DNA of 64,000 bases, from assembly GCA_943788175.1 (NCBI GenBank), contig CALSPG010000006.1, forward strand, positions 160,001 to 224,000. Reading direction: 5' to 3'. Source of the DNA: an uncultured bacterium. Lineage in GTDB: Bacteria > Fidelibacterota > Marinisomatia > Marinisomatales > UBA1611. Position 1 is the first letter of the stretch. Each line of letters starts with the position of its first letter. The position numbers were made by a program, and so were the translations under genes. The notes below the pieces were generated by a model. The model worked only from the letters and a program-made list of their open reading frames with translations. It was not told the origin of the DNA and searched no databases. Positions 9,603 through 18,580 of the stretch are shown one piece after another.

Positions 9603-11429
9603 TTAGACTGAGTACTTTTCCTTTTTACGTGCAGACATGCGTTTGTTTTGATCAAGCTCCATTTTTCTAAGCCTAATAGATAGCGGTGTGATTTCAACCA
9701 GCTCATCTTCTGCAATAAATTCAATAGATTGATCCAGCGATAATCTTTTAGGGGGACGAAGAGTTACAGTATTATCAGATCCAGAGGCTCGCATGTTAGA
9801 GAGCTTCTTTTCTTTTGTAATATTAACATTTAAATCTTCTGGCCTATTTCTTTCGCCAATTACCATTCCAGAATAAACTTCTGTACCTACATCTACAAAT
9901 AATTCACCACGATCAACCATTCCAAGGCAAGCAAAAGTAGTTATTTTCCCAGAACGATCAGATACAATGGCTCCACTTTTTCGCTGCGGTATTGGACCGA
10001 ACCAAGGCGCATAACCATCAAAGAGTTTATTCATTATTCCAGCACCCTGAGTGTCCGTCATGAACTGAGAACGAAACCCAATTAACCCGCGTGAAGGAAT
10101 AGAAAACTCCATATTAACCCTACCACTTCCATGGTTTTGTAAATTTGTCATACGTCCTTTCCTTGTAGATAATTTTTCTGTAATCGTACCAACCTTATCT
10201 TCGGGGATATCAAGGAATACTTTTTCCATTGGTTCTAATGTTTTTCCATCTTCCTCTTTTGTAATCACTCTAGGTTTTGAGACCATAAGTTCATACCCTT
10301 CTCTTCTCATTGTTTCAATGAGAATAGCCATTTGCAGTTCTCCTCTACCACGAACCTCAAAAGCATCAGTACGCTCAGTTTCTAATACCTGTACAGACAC
10401 ATTGGATAGGATTTCTTTATCTAGTCTCTCTTTGATATGACGCGTAGTCAAATACTTACCTTCTTTTCCTGCAAAGGGGCTATTATTTATATAAAACAAC
10501 ATTGACACTGTTGGCTCATCGACTTCAATTCTTGGTAACGGTTCAGGGTTTTCATTACTAGATATAGTGTCACCAATAGTAATACCCTCTATACCTGCAA
10601 CAGCTATAATATCACCAGCTTCAAGTTTTTCAACTTTGATTTTATCCAAGCCATCAAAGGTATAAAGCGTTGAAAATTTTTGATTATGCAAAATATTATT
10701 TTCACTACACAACGCATAAGATCCATTCATGTCAAGCGTGCCATTATTTAATCGACCTATTGCAACCTGCCCAACATATGAATCATAATCAAGACTAGTT
10801 ATTAAAAATTGAGACGCTTTATTATCGTCAGCAATTGGCCCTTGAATTTTTGTTAATATCGTATCAAACAGAGGTTCCAAATTTGTAGAACCATCATCTA
10901 ATTCATTATGAGCAATCCCATCTTTAGCATTAGTATAAATTATTGGAAATTCAATTTGAGTTTCTGTAGCATCTAAATCAATAAATAAGTCATATACCTC
11001 ATCGACTACTTCCTCAATCCTAGCATCAGACCTATCAATTTTATTTATTATAAGAATTATAGGGAGATTTTTTTCTAGAGCCTTCTTTAATACAAACCTG
11101 GTTTGAGGCAAAGGCCCCTCACTAGAGTCAACTAGCAAGAGAGCGCCATCAACCAGGTTGAGGCTCCTTTCTACTTCACCACCAAAATCAGCGTGACCAG
11201 GGGTATCCATGATATTAATTTTTATGTCTTTATAATTAATAGCAGTGTTTTTGGCCGTTATTGTAATGCCTCTTTCTTTTTCAAGATCCATCGAGTCCAT
11301 CACTCGGTCTTCAACATTTTGATGTGCTTGAAATGTTCCACTTTGTTTCAATAAACCATCAACTAGTGTAGTTTTTCCATGATCAACATGCGCAATAATT
11401 GCAATGTTTCTAAAATTTTCTTTTCTCAA
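9603..11429 (-). CDS. typA: Translational GTPase TypA/BipA
   Basis: NIAIIAHVDHGKTT, ERGITI, DTPGHADFGGEVER, GRGELQ, ELVEITP; TTG start. Confidence 0.96.
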   Translation of the reverse strand: MRKENFRNIAIIAHVDHGKTTLVDGLLKQSGTFQAHQNVEDRVMDSMDLEKERGITITAKNTAINYKDIKINIMDTPGHADFGGEVERSLNLVDGALLLVDSSEGPLPQTRFVLKKALEKNLPIILIINKIDRSDARIEEVVDEVYDLFIDLDATETQIEFPIIYTNAKDGIAHNELDDGSTNLEPLFDTILTKIQGPIADDNKASQFLITSLDYDSYVGQVAIGRLNNGTLDMNGSYALCSENNILHNQKFSTLYTFDGLDKIKVEKLEAGDIIAVAGIEGITIGDTISSNENPEPLPRIEVDEPTVSMLFYINNSPFAGKEGKYLTTRHIKERLDKEILSNVSVQVLETERTDAFEVRGRGELQMAILIETMRREGYELMVSKPRVITKEEDGKTLEPMEKVFLDIPEDKVGTITEKLSTRKGRMTNLQNHGSGRVNMEFSIPSRGLIGFRSQFMTDTQGAGIMNKLFDGYAPWFGPIPQRKSGAIVSDRSGKITTFACLGMVDRGELFVDVGTEVYSGMVIGERNRPEDLNVNITKEKKLSNMRASGSDNTVTLRPPKRLSLDQSIEFIAEDELVEITPLSIRLRKMELDQNKRMSARKKEKYSV

Positions 11430-11475
11430 AATAAATACCTATCATTTGTTAAAATTAAAATTATTTTCAAAACTC

Positions 11476-11506
11476 AAAAAAAAACCCGCCATAAAGACGG
11501 GTTTTC
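11476..11506 (-). terminator. Rho-independent terminator after tRNA-fMet
   Basis: AAAACCCGTC-TTTAT-GGCGGGTTTTTTTTT on the minus strand. Confidence 0.85.
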
Positions 11507-11512
11507 TTGAAG

Positions 11513-11586
<74 letters not shown>

Positions 11587-11762
11587 ATCATTAATTTTTA
11601 TCTATATTAAATAGCGGTCGAAAGATAAGCTAAGTAAAAAATTTATACAACAGTTACAATTAATTATTTAATAAAAAACAATCAATACAAAACGTAAATA
11701 TATTTTTAGGATAAATGACATTAGATTAATAAGATTTGGCCCCGTAAACGGGTAAAATAACT

Positions 11763-12419
11763 ATGTCAAATAATAAAGAATTAGACGCTCTGTTACAGAT
11801 ATTATCTGGAGAACAGACAATTATCCAACGTACTGATCAAAAAGCGTTTACCCTTCTATCTATTCTTGGTGCTTTTATGGTATTTTTTATTGTCCATTTT
11901 ACAAAAATGCAACTCGACATGGTCATTTTTTCACTAATTATGATCTATTTTCCTGCAGCAATGGGAACAATTTACTTTTTGGTGAGAGTTTTAATACCTA
12001 GAGTCAGGGGAGCAAAAGAAAAAAATGAAGAACCCGATGAAGAACAAACTGAAGATATCAACCCAACTTTTTTTGCTGGAATCAGTCAGTTTAACTCTCC
12101 AAATGAATATGCTATATATCTAAAGTCAATAGCAAATGATGAAAAAAAATTATACAAAATGTTTTCTGCTCAAGTATTTTCGTTAGGTTTAATCAATCAG
12201 CGTAAAAACAACAGCCTTAGAAAATCAATGGTATTTTTTGTTACTGCGTTGGTCTCTGAATTGTTGATTATCATGTATTTAGCATACCTAAGAGCCTACT
12301 CTTATCTTGATGATAGGATTTATCAATTTATTTACGGTATCATATTTATCAGTGTGGTTGCCATTGCTTTAGCACGATATGATGTTATTAGCAAAGTACG
12401 AAAGTCACTAAACATATGA
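11763..12419 (+). CDS. Pycsar-effector-like membrane protein (PycTM/DUF5706-like)
   Basis: RTDQKAFTLL before TM1, two TMs ending LIPR, NPTFFAGIS, QVFSLGLINQRKNNSLR before TM3; one extra C-terminal hydrophobic helix. Confidence 0.7.
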   Translation: MSNNKELDALLQILSGEQTIIQRTDQKAFTLLSILGAFMVFFIVHFTKMQLDMVIFSLIMIYFPAAMGTIYFLVRVLIPRVRGAKEKNEEPDEEQTEDINPTFFAGISQFNSPNEYAIYLKSIANDEKKLYKMFSAQVFSLGLINQRKNNSLRKSMVFFVTALVSELLIIMYLAYLRAYSYLDDRIYQFIYGIIFISVVAIALARYDVISKVRKSLNI

Positions 12420-12934
12420 GCAAAAATATTTATGTTATTCTACTCAGCTTCTTAATAGGGTGCATACCTCCATCCTCAAGCATACCTGGTCCAAAAGGAG
12501 ATATTGGTCCAAGAGGCCCAATAGGAGTTCAAGGTCCAAAGGGAGATAAAGGCCCAAAAGGAAATAACGGCGAAAGCGTGCCATCAGAATTATTAAAAGA
12601 ATTAAAAAACTCATTAAATAATTCAAACAATGAAACAATTGTAGGTACTTTAGCTTACAGCTTTGGCATTGCACCACGAATAACTGGCTTTTCCTATTTA
12701 ACTTCCGCAGGTAAAGTTTTTAAGCTAGAAAATAAAAACCCTCAAAAATTTGGTAGTGAAATAAAACTAATTACTCAAATATCAACAGATCAAAAATTTG
12801 TTTCCTTTGGCCGTACCACATATGGCGATGACATAAAACAACTTTTCACTGCGGTTTCAACAAATGGTGATATATACATTTCTGAAAAATTAGATTCTTG
12901 GGCAAAAGTAGCTACCATTCCACTTAGCAATTAA
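12416..12934 (+). CDS. Lipoprotein with collagen-like (Gly-X-Y)10 segment
   Basis: Lipobox LIG-C at Cys16; GPKGDIGPRGPIGVQGPKGDKGPKGNNGES; ATGA overlap with the upstream gene. Confidence 0.75.
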   Translation: MSKNIYVILLSFLIGCIPPSSSIPGPKGDIGPRGPIGVQGPKGDKGPKGNNGESVPSELLKELKNSLNNSNNETIVGTLAYSFGIAPRITGFSYLTSAGKVFKLENKNPQKFGSEIKLITQISTDQKFVSFGRTTYGDDIKQLFTAVSTNGDIYISEKLDSWAKVATIPLSN

Positions 12935-12952
12935 ATTTTTATTGATTAACTT

Positions 12953-14131
12953 TTGATTATGGGCATAATCACAAAGTTTATCGGAAACAAACTTGTCAAA
13001 GCTGCTATCAAAGCTGGTCATATTCCAGCAGAAATACCTTCCAATGAGAAAGAAAGACTTGAAGACCTAAAGCGTTTAAAATTAGTAGAACAAAATATTA
13101 ATAAAGATAAACGCTATTCTAGTTTTCCAAAATTAGCCGCTACATTAACAGGCTGCTCTCAGTCAGCAATACACATACTTGATGACGATACCCAACATTG
13201 TAAAGTAAGCTATGGTAAAGATTTACCAACAGAAATCATGACAAAAGAAGCGCCAAGACAGCTTGCAATATGTTCTCACGTATTAAACAATAATTCAAAA
13301 CCCTTAGTAATAAGTGATGTTTCAATTGATGAAAGAACAAAACACGCATATGCTTTAGCACCAGGATTTCCTAGATTTTATGCCGGTAGCCCAATTATAT
13401 CAAAATCGGGTTTTACACTTGGAACATTTTGTGTATTTGATGACGAACCTAAAGTTCTTGAGCATTCAAAGATTGATGCATTGCGAATGCTGGCAGACCA
13501 ATTTATAAATATTTACGAATCATCAAATGAGTTTGCTTCAAATGATATTGACATAAATACTAGTTCAGAAAAAATCATTGGAGAATATTATTCATCAACA
13601 ACTATTTTATTTTCTGATTTTGTAGGATTTACAAAAAAAACTGAGGAATTAGATCCTGGTCAATTAATTGAAATTTTAGATTCATTTTTTAGTGGTTTTG
13701 ACAAAATTATGGAAAGATTTTCTATTAAAAAAATTAAAACCATTGGCGATGCATATATGGCTGCTGGAGGTATTCCTGATCTTAATTCAGATCACGCAGA
13801 TAGAACTGTGATGGCAGCCATTGAGATGATAAACTATGTAAGGGGAATAAACTTTCAACAAAAAGCGCTAGGAAATGAACCTTGGGAAGTCAGAATAGGA
13901 GTACATACTGGTCCTATAATCGCTGGAAAAACATCAAGTGAATTTGATATTTGGGGAGACTCTGTAAACATCGCTGCAAGATTAGAAAGCAGCGGAAAAA
14001 AGATGCGGGTTAATTGCTCAGAGGAAACAAAGTCGCATTTAAAAAACGCCTATAACTTTGAGACAAAGAGCAACGTTGAATTGAAAGGAAAAGGACAAGC
14101 GACTACTTTTATTATCAAAGATCAAATCTAA
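12953..14131 (+). CDS. GAF domain + class III adenylate cyclase
   Basis: P..E.ERL and RFYAGSPI...GTFCVFD GAF motifs; ILFSDFVGFT, KTIGDAYM, RIGVHTG, FDIWGDSVNIAARLE. Lys/Asp specificity pair indicates ATP. Start TTG 12953 or ATG 12959. Confidence 0.9.
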   Translation: MIMGIITKFIGNKLVKAAIKAGHIPAEIPSNEKERLEDLKRLKLVEQNINKDKRYSSFPKLAATLTGCSQSAIHILDDDTQHCKVSYGKDLPTEIMTKEAPRQLAICSHVLNNNSKPLVISDVSIDERTKHAYALAPGFPRFYAGSPIISKSGFTLGTFCVFDDEPKVLEHSKIDALRMLADQFINIYESSNEFASNDIDINTSSEKIIGEYYSSTTILFSDFVGFTKKTEELDPGQLIEILDSFFSGFDKIMERFSIKKIKTIGDAYMAAGGIPDLNSDHADRTVMAAIEMINYVRGINFQQKALGNEPWEVRIGVHTGPIIAGKTSSEFDIWGDSVNIAARLESSGKKMRVNCSEETKSHLKNAYNFETKSNVELKGKGQATTFIIKDQI

Positions 14132-14195
14132 TAAGCATATTTATTAACTTAAGGTTTTCGGCTACCACACTACTACTAATAACAATAAAAAACTT

Positions 14196-14223
14196 GGAAC
14201 TTTTTAAACTACCTTAAGTTAGT
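14196..14223 (+). promoter_or_regulatory. Putative ECF-sigma promoter GGAACT-N16-GTTAGT
   Basis: Same motif and spacing at 42115-42142 and 47846-47873; sits just 5' of the structured element. Confidence 0.5.
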
Positions 14224-14300
14224 AATAATAGGAGCAGGCTTTTAGTATGACACCTTTCCTCCTCTTTGGTTTCACCCCTGCCTGCTCCTATTATTTTTTT
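14224..14300 (+). ncRNA. Candidate structured sRNA with anti-SD loop (copy 1); may also act as terminator
   Basis: Perfect 16-bp outer stem AATAATAGGAGCAGGC/GCCTGCTCCTATTATT, inner hairpin with loop TTTCCTCCTCTTT, 3' T-run. Confidence 0.5.
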
Positions 14301-15606
14301 CTAAATGATAATCTAATTGGCAAGCCCTTTAAGTCAAAATTTAACCGTATCTGGTTCATAAGAAAACGTTGGTACGAAACCTTTATTAATTTTGGATAAT
14401 TAGCAAATAAAGCAATTACAACAGGCTGCTTGTGAACTTGGACACAATAATTTATTTTAATTACCTTCCCTTTTTCAGCTGGAGGAGGGTTTTCGTTCAT
14501 AGCTTTTTCAACTAAAGAATTCAACTTGTTTGTTGGAATAGAATTTTTTGACCTTTCGTAAACTGACCATGCGTCTCCAAAACTTTATTGATTCTTTGCC
14601 TGGTTGTGGAAGATATAAAAATAATTGGAAAATGATCTAATTCCTTATACTGTAAACGGATCTCTTCCTCAAATTCTTTCATTGTACTTGTGGATTTTTC
14701 AATTTTATCCCATTTATTTACAACAAAAATCAATGCCTTGCCCTTACTTATTACATAATCAACAATTGACTTATCTTGCTTACCAAAACCTTTTTCTGCA
14801 TCAATTAGAACTAAAGCAACATTACAACTAAAAATTGCATTTTGTGTTCTAAGGCTACTGTAATATTCTATTTTATCTTTTATTTTGGACAGTTTTCTAA
14901 GTCCAGCAGTATCAACTAATGTTATTTCATTCCCATGCCATTTTAAATATGAATCAATAGCATCTCTGGTCGTACCAGCTATTGGAGTTACAATTGTTTG
15001 TTCTCTCTGAAGAAGAGCATTCGTAAGAGATGATTTTCCAACATTTGGCATTCCGACGATTGCTAATCTTAAATCTTCAGGATTGTCATATTCTTCATTG
15101 GTTACTCCTAGACCAAGCTTACTAAGGACAGCATCAAGAAGGTCTCCTGTTAATCTACCATTAAGCGCAGAAATAGGATATGGTTCTCCAATTCCTAAAT
15201 GATAAAAATTTTGAACTATTGAATCGTATTTCATTGTATCAACTTTATTAACGACCAATAAGTGTGGACGATCACTTTCTCGAACAAATTGAGCGAGTGT
15301 AAGATCACTTGAGGTTGCATCAACACGACCATCAATCATAAGAAGAATTAAATCTGCTTCTGAAATAGCTAATTTTGCTTGTTCTCTTACAGCCGCATTA
15401 AATATATCAGTATCTTCTGGTATAAACCCACCGGTGTCAATAAAACGGAGCTTTTGTCCGCACCATTCCATTTCTCCATAGATTCGATCTCTGGTTATAC
15501 CCTCAGTTGCATCTACGATTGCCTGCCTTTGGCTCAAAACACGATTGAAAAATGTGGATTTACCGACATTCGGTCGACCAACTATTGCTATAAGGGGCGT
15601 TGACAT
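14291..15606 (-). CDS. der: Ribosome biogenesis GTPase Der/EngA, split by a 1-nt frameshift near 14575
   Basis: Two G domains (GRPNVGKST, DTGG; GMPNVGKSS, DTAG, NKWD). The KH-like C-terminus (NENPPP...Y.RFL.N..R) continues in the adjacent frame. Confidence 0.92.
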
Positions 15607-15687
15607 ATATAAAAATACTTAATTTAAACTAAAATCTTCACCAATAAATCAACTCAAAACTTGAATTATTTTAAAAGAAAAGCTTAA

Positions 15688-17560
15688 CTAATCAAGCAAT
15701 ATCATTTTTTTAGTTGAACTAAACTCGCCCGACTGAATTGAATAAAAATAAACGCCTGTGGAAACTTTTTGCTTATTATTATTCTTCCCATCCCATTTTA
15801 CACTTCTGAACCCTGCGGTCTGATATTCATTAGCCAATGTTTTTACTATTTTTCCCATTGTATTATAGACAGCAATTTTCACGTGGCTACTAATTGACAA
15901 CTGATATCTTATTTGAGTGCTTGGATTAAAAGGATTTGGATGATTTTGATATAATCTAAACACAGATGGATTGATTTCGTTTTCATTTTTTAATGTTGAT
16001 GCTGATATGCAGTCAAACAACGAGCTGTAAAACTGATTTGAATAATTAATATCATCAACAATATAACCGCAACCGCTAATCATACCACAATGATTATTTA
16101 CCCATGCAAATCCTAACGCCATGTCACAAAGGCCAAAATCCACTCCAGAAAGATCATTCATATTTCCCGGGTTTTCGCAAGTGATAAGTTGATCATCTTG
16201 ATAGTAATCAGCATAACAACCGCCGCAATAATTAGCGGCACATTCAGCACTATCATTTGAAGAACAATTTGAAACTGTGCAAGGCTCAACAAAACAGCTC
16301 ACTGGCTGCTGACATTGATCGGATAAAAAAATTGAATTAATGTTTACAGCGCTACATTCCACACATTGAATTGTATCACCTTCTATTTCAACAAATCTAT
16401 TTACAAAATATTCAAAATTCGGAATATTATTTTGATTTGCGACATTGTAAAGAAACTCTCCATTTTCGGATTCTAAATGATACATGCCACAATCATCCAT
16501 GCAGAAAGAAGCTTCAGTTGCACGTAAATAACCAATGTTTGTATCAGGAGGTGGTGGCGGTGGACCTTGCTCACAAATAATGGATGTTAGGAAAGAAGAA
16601 ACTCCATCAGGTTGTGTTATAACGGAATCACAATATGATTCATCATTTTTCATAAAGTAATTCAACCAGAAAAGAGCCTGCTTTCCAACAATTCCTGATG
16701 GCACTATAGAAGACCCATGCCCTTCATTAGCTGATTCAAAATATAATTTATCTGTATCATCCGGAACATGTTCATACTGAGGTAATGCCCACATATTATC
16801 ATATGCGTCATCATCTGGAGTTACAAGCTCATTATATTCATTTTCCCCTGCGAAAATAAGGACTGGTACATCATGATTTAGGTGCTCTTCGATTAAGCAA
16901 TAATAGTCACTTTCAGCATTACAATTAACAGAATCTAAAAATGCAACCGCTGGGTTTAATAATATCCCAGTTTTTAATGTAGAGTCTATTGTCAAAGCAG
17001 TATGCGCTCCGCCTCCACTTGTTGAATAACCAGAAACAGCAAAACTTGATGTATCGATCATATTAAATAAAGGTGATATTTGTCTTCCATTTTCTGATTT
17101 TACTGTTTCAATAGCACTCAGGAGAGCAATTGCTCTGTCCATATAATCCCAATCTGAATTGGAATCCCTTAAAGTCTCATCTAAATTGCCAATTGACATA
17201 GCTATATAACCGTGTGAGGCAAAAAATTGAGCCCAATTTATTAGACCGGGTTCGGACCCAAAAGCATCAATGAGTACAACGCTTTTGTAGGGTGGACTAG
17301 CATCAATAGGGTAATATAAAAATCCACTGCTGTATAAGTCACTAGATTGGAGACCGTCAAACTCTGTTAAATAAGTGTATTCATAAGGACCATTATTAGT
17401 TCCTCCGCCGCCGTTATCTTCACAAGAATTTTGGTCTTCATTCCAAGTGCAATAATCAGGATATGCCGCACAATCTGTTTGATTTAAATCACTGCATTCA
17501 GAAAATGCAAATTGTAAAAAGTAAATGACTATTAAAAAAAATACCTTTTATATGAAACAT
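15688..17560 (-). CDS. Secreted alpha/beta hydrolase of cutinase/polyesterase type with Cys-rich domains and C-terminal FlgD-Ig/sorting domain; 1-nt frameshift in the signal-peptide T8 tract
   Basis: Frame is open from about 17547: YYP...ASHG...ENGRQISPL...AVSGYSTSGGGA...PVLIFAGENE...EGH; C-terminal QNHPNPFNPST...GVYFY...KMILL. ATG 17560 gives MFHIKGIFLIVIYFLQFAFS if one T is removed at 17534-17541. Confidence 0.75.
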
Positions 17561-17650
17561 TCTACTTAACCTTTTTATTAACCTAACTTAAGAACTGTAC
17601 GTATTAAAATGCTAAGGTACTCACGATTAAAAATGTTTTAAAAATATATT

Positions 17651-17726
17651 TTGTATAAGGAGCAAACTAGGGAGGATACAATAGATGAAATTTTAATCTA
17701 CTATAAAGTGTCTGCTCCTTTTACAA
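17651..17726 (-). ncRNA. Candidate structured RNA (copy 2 of the GGAGCA...TGCTCC element)
   Basis: Outer stem AAGGAGCAGAC/GTTTGCTCCTT with a G-U pair possible only on the minus strand; inner hairpin TATAGTAGAT/ATCTATTGTA; unpaired TCCTCCCTA. Confidence 0.45.
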
Positions 17727-17731
17727 TTTAA

Positions 17732-18337
17732 TTAATAGTTTTTAGCAACCCTCTTTGACAAACGCGAACGAATTCTACTCAAAGCAACATCGGTGATACC
17801 TAGATAAGATGCTATCATTTTAAGAGAAATTGATTGGATTATCTTCGGATGATTTTCAACCAATTCAAGATATCTATCTTCTGCAGATTTCGTAATCATG
17901 GACTCAAATCTTTTCTCAATATTCTGATGAAATAAATTTGTAATCTTAAATGCGATAATTTCGAGGTTGGGAATTTTTCTCTTCCCGATCTCAAAATTTT
18001 CTTTTGTCAGCTCCCATACATCACAATCAGTGACAGCTTTTATTGAGTACCTTGAAGGTTCTTCCAGATAAAAACTCGGGTAGACCAATGCTGGAGAATC
18101 TCTAAATATAAAGTCTCTAACGAACACTTTCGAGCCATGTTGATATTCCATCGAAAGAATACCCTTATTTAGGTAATAAACAGACTTTGAGATAGTTCCT
18201 TGTTGATCAATTACAGATTTTTTTTTGTACTGTTTTCGAGAGTGTAGTGCTCCTAAAAAAATTTTTTCTTGTTCATTAAGCGAGGCAATTTTACTCATTC
18301 TATCAACATGAGAATTTTTTGATTTTATGCTAGACAC
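17732..18337 (-). CDS. Crp/Fnr-family regulator (cNMP-binding domain + HTH)
   Basis: YYLNKGIL, PSRYSIKAVTD, SAEDRY...IASYLGITDVALSRIR (Bacteroidetes-type Crp). Confidence 0.88.
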   Translation of the reverse strand: MSSIKSKNSHVDRMSKIASLNEQEKIFLGALHSRKQYKKKSVIDQQGTISKSVYYLNKGILSMEYQHGSKVFVRDFIFRDSPALVYPSFYLEEPSRYSIKAVTDCDVWELTKENFEIGKRKIPNLEIIAFKITNLFHQNIEKRFESMITKSAEDRYLELVENHPKIIQSISLKMIASYLGITDVALSRIRSRLSKRVAKNY

Positions 18338-18443
18338 ATATTATTTACGGGCAAAAACATTCCAGTACTCACACAAAATTTTTTAAATATTTATGCTAAA
18401 AAAAGATAAAAACAAAAAAAATGCAATATTTTGAACTTACAGT

Positions 18444-18476
18444 TTGACTCAAAAGTACCGCGCAATATATATTATG
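18444..18476 (+). promoter_or_regulatory. Putative sigma70 promoter overlapping an NrdR-box-like site
   Basis: TTGACT then TATATT; GCAATATATATTATG resembles acaCwAtATaTwGtg; a second weaker box ATACTACATAGGATGT at about 18560. Confidence 0.4.
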
Positions 18477-18580
18477 ATTCGCCAATCACGCATTAAATAA
18501 TGCTTTCATTTTAGTCAACTGTTTTGTTTTAAAAAATTGCCGCAGGGCATGAAAACCACATACTACATAGGATGTAAATT

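Noticed and set aside
12953-14131. Calling the cyclase a canonical PycC pyrimidine cyclase
   Set aside because: It retains the adenine-specifying Lys/Asp and has a GAF domain, so it is reported as Pycsar-like only
17589-17637. Degenerate direct repeat TAAGAACTGTACGTATTAAAATG / TAAGGTACTCACGATTAAAAATG
   Set aside because: Only two gapped AT-rich copies; could be an operator but too weak to support
14224-17726. The two GGAGCA...TGCTCC elements as transposon ends or integron attC sites
   Set aside because: They enclose the core gene der; no transposase or integron integrase, no target duplication and no RYYYAAC/GTTRRRY ends
18338-18580. Cobalamin riboswitch upstream of nrdJ
   Set aside because: No GGGAA or B12-box (GCCACTG) elements visible
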